From contig JBBTTU010000004.1 of assembly GCA_038064075.1 (NCBI GenBank), forward strand, positions 647 to 64,646: 64,000 bases of DNA, written 5' to 3'. A program made the translations under genes and the position numbers. Position 1 is the first letter of the stretch, and every line of letters starts with the position of its first letter. The notes beneath the pieces were generated by a model. That model searched no databases and was not told the DNA's origin. It saw only the letters and a program-made list of their open reading frames with translations. Positions 17,318 through 25,603 of this stretch are shown here, one piece after another. Source of the stretch: Patescibacteria group bacterium (GTDB lineage Bacteria; Patescibacteriota; Minisyncoccia; HO2-45-28).

Positions 17318-18343
17318 ATGAATTTATTAATTATTACCCAAAAAGTTGATAGAAATGACCCGATTCTGGGGTTTTTTCACCGCTGGCTTGAAGAGTTTGC
17401 CAAAAACGCCGAAAAATTGACTGTAATTTGCCTTGAAAAAGGCGAATATAACTTACCTGAAAATGTTAATATTTTATCGCTTGGCAAAGAAAACGGAAAA
17501 TCGCGCATAAAATATTTGCGGCGATTTTATAAATATATTTGGAGAGAAAGAAACAATTACAACGCTGTTTTTGCGCACATGAATCCGGAATACATTATTT
17601 TAGGCGGATTGGTTTGGAAAATCATGGGCAAAAAAATCGCGTTTTGGTATGTGCATAAAGCCGTGAATCTGAAATTGAAAATTGCCGAAAAACTGGCTGA
17701 CAAAATTTTCACGGCATCGCGCGAAAGCTTCAGATTGCCCTCAAAAAAAGTTCAAATAACAGGACACGGAATAGATATAGATAAATTTTCAATTTTCAAT
17801 TTTCAATTTTCAAAAAAAATTCGTATTGTTACGGCCGGCAGGATCGCGCCGGTTAAAAATCTGGATATTTTGATTGAAGCCGCTGAAATTTTAAAGAATA
17901 AAGGAGTTGATTTTCAAATTAAAATCGCGGGAAGCCCGATTATTGAGGCCGATAAAATTTATTTCGAAAAATTAAAATCAGAGATTCGACAAAAAAATCT
18001 GGAAAACTTTGTTTTTTTTGCCGGCCCGATTCCATATTCCCAAATTCAGGATTTTTACCGTTCCGGCGACATTTTCGTCAATTTGAGCGAAACCGGAAGC
18101 GTTGACAAAGCGGTGCTTGAAGCCATGGCCTGCGGCCTTTCAATCGCGACTTCCAATCAGGCTTTTAAAAATATTCTGCCTCATAAATATTTTTTGGAAG
18201 AAAAAAACCCCGAAGCGCTTGCGCAAAAACTGAGTGAGTTGTCAGCCGAAAAACGTCCTGATTTTAAGCTGCGTGAAATTGCGCTGAAAGAACACAGCTT
18301 GCAAAGTTTGATTCCAAAGATAATCAAAGAACTTGAAAGCTGA
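17318..18343 (+). CDS. Glycosyltransferase family 4. It contains an internal heptanucleotide simple-sequence repeat.
   Basis: 'LSETGSVDKAVLEAMACGLSIATSN' GT4 C-terminal domain. The ATG at 17318 is preferred over the TTG at 17291. Confidence 0.65.
   Translation: MNLLIITQKVDRNDPILGFFHRWLEEFAKNAEKLTVICLEKGEYNLPENVNILSLGKENGKSRIKYLRRFYKYIWRERNNYNAVFAHMNPEYIILGGLVWKIMGKKIAFWYVHKAVNLKLKIAEKLADKIFTASRESFRLPSKKVQITGHGIDIDKFSIFNFQFSKKIRIVTAGRIAPVKNLDILIEAAEILKNKGVDFQIKIAGSPIIEADKIYFEKLKSEIRQKNLENFVFFAGPIPYSQIQDFYRSGDIFVNLSETGSVDKAVLEAMACGLSIATSNQAFKNILPHKYFLEEKNPEALAQKLSELSAEKRPDFKLREIALKEHSLQSLIPKIIKELES
17784..17819 (+). repeat. Simple-sequence repeat: (AATTTTC)x4 immediately followed by an A8 homopolymer, inside the GT4 coding sequence.
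   Basis: Direct reading: aattttc at 17784-17790, 17791-17797, 17798-17804 and 17805-17811, then aaaaaaaa at 17812-17819. It encodes 'FSIFNFQFSKK'. The 7-bp unit is not a multiple of 3. Confidence 0.9.
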
Positions 18344-18355
18344 TATAATAAATAT

Positions 18356-19690
18356 ATGTTTTCAGGTTTTATCAAAAGAGAACGAGCGATTTTAACTGTT
18401 ATTTTTTTGGTTTTTATCGCAAGCGCGGCATACGCTTTTTATTATCGCATCAGGCCGTCGGTTGACGCCGGAGTTTATGACCAAACAGCGGTTAATATTG
18501 CTCAAGGCTACGGCTTCAGGTTTGATCGGTCCTTGCCGATAGCCGAAGACTCAATAATTACTTTTCAGGGCCCGATTTATCAATACTTTCTGGCCGGCAT
18601 TTATCTGATTTTTGGACATCATTATGAGGCGGTCTGGCTGATTCAAGCGTTATTGAGGGCTTTTACGGCTTTAATTTTATATTTGACAGCCGTTAATATT
18701 TTTGGCCCGGAGGGCAGGCGGATCGGCTGGATTTCAGCCGCTATTTTCGGTTTTCATCCCGATCTGATTGAAATCGGAGCGATGCTTATGACCGAAACAT
18801 TTTTTATATTTTTGTCGGTGCTCGCGGTTTATGTATTCGTTATTTTATATAAAAATCGGTCTTATCTAAATTCTTTTTTTTTAGGACTTTTTTTTGGTCT
18901 GGCCGTTCTCGGCCGTTCAAGCGTCGGAATTTTTCTTTTGCCTTTCGGATTTTATTTTATTTCCCGCAAAGAGTACGCGAAATTTGTTCTATTTTTAGTG
19001 ACGCTTATTTTAGTAATGACTCCGTGGACTATAAGAAACTACAAAGTTTACGGCGAGTTTATTCCGACTATGGCCAACTTCGGCTATAATTTTTGGGTCG
19101 GCAATCACGAGGGCGGGGACGGCGAAGGCGGAAATACGCCGGAACTGGCCGCGGCCCAGAAAGAATACGGCTATATCGGAGCCAATTATTATGCCGCCAG
19201 TCAATTTAAAAAATTCGTCGCGGATCATCCTCTTCAATATATAAAATTTACAATTTCACGAACTGTAAAATATTTCAGTTTCATGCGCCCGATGGGATTT
19301 TGGTTTTATCAGCGGGGGTTGGGACAATTTATTTTTGTCGCCGGTTCCGTATTAGGTTCATTGATTTTGTTTTGGACCGGTTTTGCCGGAATTTTTATCT
19401 GGTTTAAAAAAGAAAAAGAAAACAGACTCCTCGGTTATTTTTTCAGCTTCGTTTTTTTCAGCGTTTTATCGCTGGTTCTGATTTTGTATGAAACCCGTTA
19501 TCGTTTGCCGGTTTATCCGTTTTCGGCTTTATTTTCCGGTTTGGCTTTAAGCCGCCTATATTTTGCGCCAAAAGAATATTTCCGATATTTCGTTGCCGCC
19601 GGAATTGCTATTTTATTCCTTGCCGCCGCCAGTGTTGCCATGGATTATGAAAAAATATTTCAGAAATTCAAACAAATTTTTGAAACTTAA
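18356..19690 (+). CDS. Polytopic GT-C glycosyltransferase, PMT_2/GT39/ArnT-like (polyprenyl-phosphate-sugar dependent).
   Basis: At least 10 TM helices. The loop-1 motif 'DAGVYDQTAVNIAQGYGF' (D..xY...A.N...G.G) is shared with the 22192, 24230 and 46168 proteins. Confidence 0.6.
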   Translation: MFSGFIKRERAILTVIFLVFIASAAYAFYYRIRPSVDAGVYDQTAVNIAQGYGFRFDRSLPIAEDSIITFQGPIYQYFLAGIYLIFGHHYEAVWLIQALLRAFTALILYLTAVNIFGPEGRRIGWISAAIFGFHPDLIEIGAMLMTETFFIFLSVLAVYVFVILYKNRSYLNSFFLGLFFGLAVLGRSSVGIFLLPFGFYFISRKEYAKFVLFLVTLILVMTPWTIRNYKVYGEFIPTMANFGYNFWVGNHEGGDGEGGNTPELAAAQKEYGYIGANYYAASQFKKFVADHPLQYIKFTISRTVKYFSFMRPMGFWFYQRGLGQFIFVAGSVLGSLILFWTGFAGIFIWFKKEKENRLLGYFFSFVFFSVLSLVLILYETRYRLPVYPFSALFSGLALSRLYFAPKEYFRYFVAAGIAILFLAAASVAMDYEKIFQKFKQIFET

Positions 19691-20883
19691 TGATGCCCAA
19701 AAAAATTTTAATCATCACTCCCCGTTTTCCTCTGCCGGACACCGGCGCTTGCGAGAAAGACCGTTTTGAAGGCATAAAACAGTTCAAAAGATTGGGGTTT
19801 GACGTCAGGGTTGTCTCAAAAGTTTTTTCTTTTCAGGACAAGAAAGACATAGAAAAATTTTCGGCCGACTTCGGAATTCCGGTAAAACTTTTGGAATATG
19901 AAAATAAATTCAGCCTCAGAAAATTTTTTAATCCTTTTTATTGGGATGGCGCGGCCCATGAATATTCCGGTAAATCAACTCAAGAAGCCGTTGAAGCCAT
20001 TTTAGACGAGTGGCATCCGGATCTGGTTTGGTTTGACTACACTTATCTTTGGCCGCTTTACGGTCTGGCCGGACGAAGAAAAATACCGATTATCACCCGC
20101 TCGATCAATTTTGAACCGGATCATTTTTTACAGGAAGACGGATATTCATTGTTGAACTTAATTAAATTTTTACCTAAATTGGCAAGCGAAATAATAACCA
20201 TTTATAAAAGCGATTTTTTATTTGCGATCACGCCTAACGAAGAAAAAATTTACAGGCGTCTTGGCGCAAAAAATATTAAAACACTGCCGCTTCGCGGCTT
20301 ATCATTATGTTTTAATTCCATTCACGGCGTAAATAATAAAGATATTCTTAACGTGTTTTTTATGGGTTCAACTTATAATGTCCACCATAACCGGGCGGCG
20401 CTTGAATTTATTTTAAAAAAAATAGCGCCGGAAGCGCGCAAAAAATATCCGTTAAAATTTAAGTTTTATATTTTAGGCAGCAAGGTGCCTGAAGATTTGA
20501 CAAAATTTTTCGGCGAGGACATTATTTATGTCGGCCACAAAAATCATGAAGCTCTTGATGAATTTTTGGCTGGGATGGATATAGCGATCGTGCCGTCTCT
20601 TTTCGGCGCCGGCATGCAGCAGAAAATTTTTGAGCCGCTTTGCCGCGGAATTCCGGCCGTCGCGTCTTTGAGGGGTCTCGCCGGCTATCCGTTTGAACAT
20701 CGCAAGCATCTGCTCGCGGCCGAAACTCTTGGTGAATTTCCGGATTTATTATCGGAGCTTCGCGACGCGGGCCTGCGGCGGAGTCTTTCTGAAAATTCGG
20801 TCGCTCTGTCAAAGAAATTATTTTCCAGCCAGGCTTCGGATTCCGGTATATTAAAAGCCCTAAATCAAGTTTGGCGGCATTGA
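19690..20883 (+). CDS. Glycosyltransferase, GT-B fold (GT4/GT1-like).
   Basis: N-terminal 'KILIITPRFPLPDTGACEKDRF'. C-terminal 'DIAIVPSLFGAGMQQKIFEPLCRGIPAVAS' resembles the GT-B nucleotide-sugar binding region. Confidence 0.45.
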   Translation: MMPKKILIITPRFPLPDTGACEKDRFEGIKQFKRLGFDVRVVSKVFSFQDKKDIEKFSADFGIPVKLLEYENKFSLRKFFNPFYWDGAAHEYSGKSTQEAVEAILDEWHPDLVWFDYTYLWPLYGLAGRRKIPIITRSINFEPDHFLQEDGYSLLNLIKFLPKLASEIITIYKSDFLFAITPNEEKIYRRLGAKNIKTLPLRGLSLCFNSIHGVNNKDILNVFFMGSTYNVHHNRAALEFILKKIAPEARKKYPLKFKFYILGSKVPEDLTKFFGEDIIYVGHKNHEALDEFLAGMDIAIVPSLFGAGMQQKIFEPLCRGIPAVASLRGLAGYPFEHRKHLLAAETLGEFPDLLSELRDAGLRRSLSENSVALSKKLFSSQASDSGILKALNQVWRH

Positions 20884-20923
20884 TTAATAAAAAAAAATAT
20901 TTTAAGATGAGCAGATAATTCAA

Positions 20924-22135
20924 ATGGCCTGCTTTATTTGCAATCAGGATAATTTATTTAATTTTTTGGATCTCGGCCTTCAACCGCCGAGCAACGCTTT
21001 TATTCGCAAGGAAGATTTGTCAAAATCCGAAGAAATTTATTCTTTAAAGCCTTGTTTTTGCGAGTTTTGCGGTCTGGTGCAGTTAAATTATATCGTTGAT
21101 CCCAGAAAAATATTCATAGATTACGTCTACAACACTTCCACCAACAACAGCCTTAAAGAGAATTTTCAAAATTTGGTCGGATTGATTGTCGGGCGTTTCA
21201 ATTTAAAAAAAGGGGATTTTGCCGTTGATATCGGTTCAAACGACGGAACGCTTTTGTCTTATTATTTGCCGCGCGGCATTAAGATTTTGGGGGTTGATCC
21301 GTCTAACGTCACCAAACTGGCTCTGGAAAAAAACATACCGACGATTGTTGATTTTTTTTCCGAGCGAGTCGCCGCAGACATCATTAAAAAATACGGCCAA
21401 GCCAAAGCGGTGACGGCCACCAATGTTTTTGCCCATGTGGACAAGCTGTATGATTTTATGGCCGGCATTACCAAGCTGTTGGCCAAAGACGGCGTTTTTA
21501 TTTCCGAATCGCAGTATCTTTTGGATACGATCGCCAAACTGCACTACGATTTGATTTATCACGAGCATCTTCGTTATTACTCTTTAAAACCGCTTGCGAT
21601 TTTATTTAATAAGTTCGGCATGGAGATTTTTGACGCCGAGCGCATTTCTTCCCACGGCGGCTCAATCAGGGTTTACGCCGCCAAATCCGGAGAGTATCCG
21701 GTTTCCGAATCCGTTGCCGCTTTGATGAAAAATGAAGAATCAAGCGGTCTTTATCGCAAGGAAACTTTTACGGATTTTGCGGATAAAGTCAGCCGAAATA
21801 AATTTGAATTTCTGGAAATTATCAAAGATATAAAAGGGCGCGGCCAGCGTATAGTCGGCATCGGGGCGCCGGCCAAAGGCAATACTTTGCTGAATTATTA
21901 CGGCATGAATCCGGACATTATTGATTATCTTGTTGAAAAAAGCGAGCTTAAAATAGGAACGTTTGCGCCTGGCACCCGTATACCGGTTGTAGCAGAGTCA
22001 AAATTGTTCAAAGATCAGCCGGAATACGCTTTGCTGCTGTCTTGGAATTTGGCAGACGAGCTTATTCCCAAAATAAGAAACAAGGGGTACAAAGGCAAAT
22101 TTATCGTGCCTATGCCCAAGCCGACGGTTTTGTAA
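20924..22135 (+). CDS. SAM-dependent sugar C-methyltransferase with an N-terminal zinc ribbon (Methyltransf_13 + Methyltransf_14 architecture, TylCIII/NovU-like).
   Basis: N-terminal 'CFICNQDNL...CEFCGLVQLNY' Cys4 ribbon. 'VDIGSNDGTLL' SAM motif I. C-terminal 'IVGIGAPAKGNTLLNY' C-methyltransferase domain. Paralog of the gene at 52920-54164. Confidence 0.65.
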   Translation: MACFICNQDNLFNFLDLGLQPPSNAFIRKEDLSKSEEIYSLKPCFCEFCGLVQLNYIVDPRKIFIDYVYNTSTNNSLKENFQNLVGLIVGRFNLKKGDFAVDIGSNDGTLLSYYLPRGIKILGVDPSNVTKLALEKNIPTIVDFFSERVAADIIKKYGQAKAVTATNVFAHVDKLYDFMAGITKLLAKDGVFISESQYLLDTIAKLHYDLIYHEHLRYYSLKPLAILFNKFGMEIFDAERISSHGGSIRVYAAKSGEYPVSESVAALMKNEESSGLYRKETFTDFADKVSRNKFEFLEIIKDIKGRGQRIVGIGAPAKGNTLLNYYGMNPDIIDYLVEKSELKIGTFAPGTRIPVVAESKLFKDQPEYALLLSWNLADELIPKIRNKGYKGKFIVPMPKPTVL

Positions 22136-22191
22136 TTTTTACAGCGCGCTAAATTTTGAAATTCTGACAATTTCTTGCTACTATTTCAGCA

Positions 22192-23496
22192 ATGAACAGC
22201 TTCCGGCCGCGCATTGGGGAATGCCGGCATTATTTTCTTTTTTTAATCATCGGCCTTGTCGTCGTTGCCAGGATCGGCGCGGCGGCGGTTTTGTACGCGA
22301 AAAATGTTTTTCCTTCGCCGATTCAGGATCCGCTTGAATACCGCAATTTGGCGATGAATATCTTGGCCGGAAACGGATTCAGCATTGCTCAAAATCCTCC
22401 CTATCCGCCGGACCTTTTTCGCACGCCGCTTTATCCTTTATTTCTTGCCGCGACATACGGCATTGATTCGGCCGGCTACCTCGCGATATTATTGCAGCAG
22501 TTGATGATTATTGCGTCGGCATGGCTGCTTTTTAAAATTTTGCGTCGCTGGAACGATTCTTCCGGGAAAATTGCGCTGATATTTTCTTTGTTTCTGCTTG
22601 TCGATCCCCGAATTTGGTTTTGGTCGCTTGAAACCATGACTGAAGCTCTTTTTATTTTTTTGACGGCGGCGATGCTGTTTTTATTGCTTTATCCGGAAAA
22701 TTTTAACACGGCGCATGTTGCCGGCGCGGCAGTGTTTTTTGGTCTGGCCGTTTTAACCCGTCCTTCCGGATTATTGTGGGCTCCGGGACTCGTTCTTTTT
22801 TTTCTGTTTTGCAAAAAACCGGTTAAATCCAGATTATTTATGTTTTTCATTTTTATGGCGGTTGCCGGTATCGTTGTTTCGCCGTGGTTATGGCGGAATT
22901 ATAAACTGGTCGGCAGGCCGATTTTGTCTTCAATGCAGACGGTTAATTATATTCAGGCGTTTGGAATCGGCCGGGATGATCCGTCGTGGCGATGCTCGGA
23001 TTCAATTGTTGATTCAAAAGGCCGCGAAGGGTGCGTATTTTACGGCTGGACGGCCGCCGGATTTTCCGATGCCGAAAAAACAGCCCGGAATTTGCGCGCG
23101 AACACGCCTGTTTTTTCTTTAATCAAAAAAAACATGACAGGCGCTTATCATTTTTGGAAATCCAACGATTATCCCGACGCTTTGAGCATTTTGCGCAGCG
23201 CCGCGCTTGGCGCCGGAAAACCCATATCCCGGACATGGCAGATATTGGCCGAAGCGTCCCATAAAACCTACGCCGCTTTTTTGAATTTTATGCTGATTTT
23301 AGGGGTTGCCGGACTTGTTTTTTTATATAAAAAGAGGGAATTGGCGGCGGCAGGTTTGTTGGGAGGCATTATTTTTTCCAGCGTTTTTATAAATTTCGGA
23401 TTGGCTTCCGGACGCCTTCATTTGATTCTTTTGCCGCCGCTTTTCTATCTTGCCGGACTGGGGACTGTTTTTATCAAACAAATTTATCAACAATGA
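22192..23496 (+). CDS. Polytopic GT-C glycosyltransferase, PMT_2/GT39-like.
   Basis: 'DPLEYRNLAMNILAGNGF' and 'FRTPLYPLFLAATYG' motifs shared with the paralogs. Multiple TM helices. Confidence 0.6.
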   Translation: MNSFRPRIGECRHYFLFLIIGLVVVARIGAAAVLYAKNVFPSPIQDPLEYRNLAMNILAGNGFSIAQNPPYPPDLFRTPLYPLFLAATYGIDSAGYLAILLQQLMIIASAWLLFKILRRWNDSSGKIALIFSLFLLVDPRIWFWSLETMTEALFIFLTAAMLFLLLYPENFNTAHVAGAAVFFGLAVLTRPSGLLWAPGLVLFFLFCKKPVKSRLFMFFIFMAVAGIVVSPWLWRNYKLVGRPILSSMQTVNYIQAFGIGRDDPSWRCSDSIVDSKGREGCVFYGWTAAGFSDAEKTARNLRANTPVFSLIKKNMTGAYHFWKSNDYPDALSILRSAALGAGKPISRTWQILAEASHKTYAAFLNFMLILGVAGLVFLYKKRELAAAGLLGGIIFSSVFINFGLASGRLHLILLPPLFYLAGLGTVFIKQIYQQ

Positions 23497-23511
23497 ATCC
23501 CGCATAAATAT

Positions 23512-24237
23512 ATGAAATTATCAGTTGTTATTCCGGCTTATAACGATCAGGAGAATATTGAAGAGACGATAAAAAATCTTTATCGGAAGCTGAACGCTGA
23601 AAAAATAGAGCACGAACTGCTGGTGATCCACGACGAATGTCCAAACGATAAAAGCGGCGAAATTGCAATTTCTCTTTTGCCGAAAATTCCAACTCTCCAT
23701 TATATAAAAAAATCTCCTCCGCGGGGTTTTGGTTTGGCTTTGCGCAAGGGCTTGGAGTTTTTTTCCGGAGACGCCGTGGCATTTTATATGGCCGACGGTT
23801 CTGATTCGCCCGGCGACCTTGTTTCGTATTTCAGAACAATGGAAAAAGAAAATGTTGATTGCGTATTCGGTTCCAGATTTATACCCGGCGGCAAAATGAT
23901 CAATTATCCGCGGGTAAAGTATATTTTCAACAGGCTCGGCAACCATTTTATCAAGATTTTATTCGGTTTGCAGTATAACGATTTTACCAATGCCTTTAAA
24001 CTTTATCACCGCAGAGTTATTGAGAAAACTCAGCCGTTTGCAGGCCAACATTTTAATTTTACGGTGGAATTAGTGCTTAAATCCCTGACGGGCGGGCACA
24101 CTTTTCGGGTGGTGCCGAACAGCTGGAAAGGGCGGTCAGCGAGCGAATCTAATTTTAATATTAAAAAGATGGTGTTTCTGAATCTTTTGACGATTTTTAA
24201 CTGTTTGATTAAAAAACATTTTTTTAAAAATGATTGA
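23512..24237 (+). CDS. Glycosyltransferase family 2, polyprenyl-phosphate mannose/glucose synthase-like (Dpm1/Ppm1-like).
   Basis: 'LSVVIPAYNDQENIEETI' GT2 N-terminus, the acidic 'YMADGSD' motif, 241 aa soluble. Adjacent to a GT39-like gene. Confidence 0.65.
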   Translation: MKLSVVIPAYNDQENIEETIKNLYRKLNAEKIEHELLVIHDECPNDKSGEIAISLLPKIPTLHYIKKSPPRGFGLALRKGLEFFSGDAVAFYMADGSDSPGDLVSYFRTMEKENVDCVFGSRFIPGGKMINYPRVKYIFNRLGNHFIKILFGLQYNDFTNAFKLYHRRVIEKTQPFAGQHFNFTVELVLKSLTGGHTFRVVPNSWKGRSASESNFNIKKMVFLNLLTIFNCLIKKHFFKND

Positions 24238-25603
24238 TCTTTTCAATAAATACAAGCACTTCGCCGTTATTTTCTTTTTATGGCTCATTCTTTGGAGCGC
24301 TCTTTTTTTGACCGAATATCGCCGCGGAAATCTGAATGCCGATATTTTAACTTCGGATCCCCTTGAATATTATGCCGCGTCGGTAAATTTGTATCAGCGC
24401 GGCGTTTTTTCGCGGATGAGCGAGGCGCCTTTTACGCCGGATCGTTTCCGCACGCCGCTCTATCCGCTGGTCGCCGGAGCAATGCTCAAGATTTTTAACG
24501 GCATTGCCGCGGTTTACGTATTCCAGTTTATCTTATTTTATTTAAGCGCGATCGGCGTCTACCGCATTGCCGAATTTCTATGGAATTCAAAACAAATCGC
24601 GTTTATCGCCGCGTTGGCGTTTATTTTCAACCCGGTGTCATTTTTACTGGTGAACAGTTTTATGTCCGAAATTTTATTTTTGTTTTTGCTGATATTCGGA
24701 GTCTATTATTTCTTGCGGCATATAAAATCGGGATCAGCTGTTTTATTTGCGCTGTCGGCGGCTCTTTTTTCTTTAAACGCTCTCGTCAGACCGGTCGGCC
24801 TTTATTTTGCCTTATTTGTTTTTTTATATTCCGTTTTGGCGAATTTTAATCTCAGAAAATTATTTATAAATACTTTTGTTTTTGCCGTTGTCTTTGCTGC
24901 GATTTTATTTCCGTGGTTTTTGCGCAACAGGATTATTTTCGGAGACTGGTATTTTACTTCAGCCGACCTGGTCAATATTTATTATATGCATCTTGGGCAT
25001 CTTTACGGCTGGCAGAATAATCTTGAACTTCACGAATCTTTTGCCGCGTTGGGAAAATCGTGCGTTCGGTCCGGAATTTCAGAGGATTATCACGGCTTGT
25101 GCGTGAATTCCCGATTAAGAGAGCTTTATCTGCCGGTTTTTTTGCAAATCCGTCCGTCGGTCATATTTAAATATATGACTTTGGGCGGCGTCAGATTTTT
25201 ATTCAATGACGGATTTAATGAATTGGGTAATTGGTTCTGCCAGCATAAATGTTCTAAAGCGCCCGTTAATATCATTGACGATTTGGTTCGCGGCGGGAAG
25301 AATATTTTTTCAATTATCGCCAGTAAACCGCCGTCGCTCCTTTACACTTGGATTATCGGCAAGATTGTCTGGGCTGGCATATTTCTTTTCGCCGCATTTT
25401 TATTGTTGAATTGGCAAAAATTTGGAATTGATAAAAAATACTTTATTTTTATTTTAATGATTCTGGTTTATTTTTTCTTGATTTCCATTCCGGCTTGGAC
25501 CACCCGCTACCGGGCGCCGTTTGATCCCTTTATATTTTTGATTGCGGCTCCCGGGTTTTGGTATTTAAAAAATCGCCTGTATGTGCGCCATAAACGGATT
25601 TAA
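24230..25603 (+). CDS. Polytopic GT-C glycosyltransferase, PMT_2/GT39-like.
   Basis: 'DPLEYYAASVNLYQRGVF' and 'FRTPLYPLVAGAML' motifs. Multiple TM helices. Overlaps the upstream GT2 by 8 nt. Confidence 0.6.
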   Translation: MIDLFNKYKHFAVIFFLWLILWSALFLTEYRRGNLNADILTSDPLEYYAASVNLYQRGVFSRMSEAPFTPDRFRTPLYPLVAGAMLKIFNGIAAVYVFQFILFYLSAIGVYRIAEFLWNSKQIAFIAALAFIFNPVSFLLVNSFMSEILFLFLLIFGVYYFLRHIKSGSAVLFALSAALFSLNALVRPVGLYFALFVFLYSVLANFNLRKLFINTFVFAVVFAAILFPWFLRNRIIFGDWYFTSADLVNIYYMHLGHLYGWQNNLELHESFAALGKSCVRSGISEDYHGLCVNSRLRELYLPVFLQIRPSVIFKYMTLGGVRFLFNDGFNELGNWFCQHKCSKAPVNIIDDLVRGGKNIFSIIASKPPSLLYTWIIGKIVWAGIFLFAAFLLLNWQKFGIDKKYFIFILMILVYFFLISIPAWTTRYRAPFDPFIFLIAAPGFWYLKNRLYVRHKRI

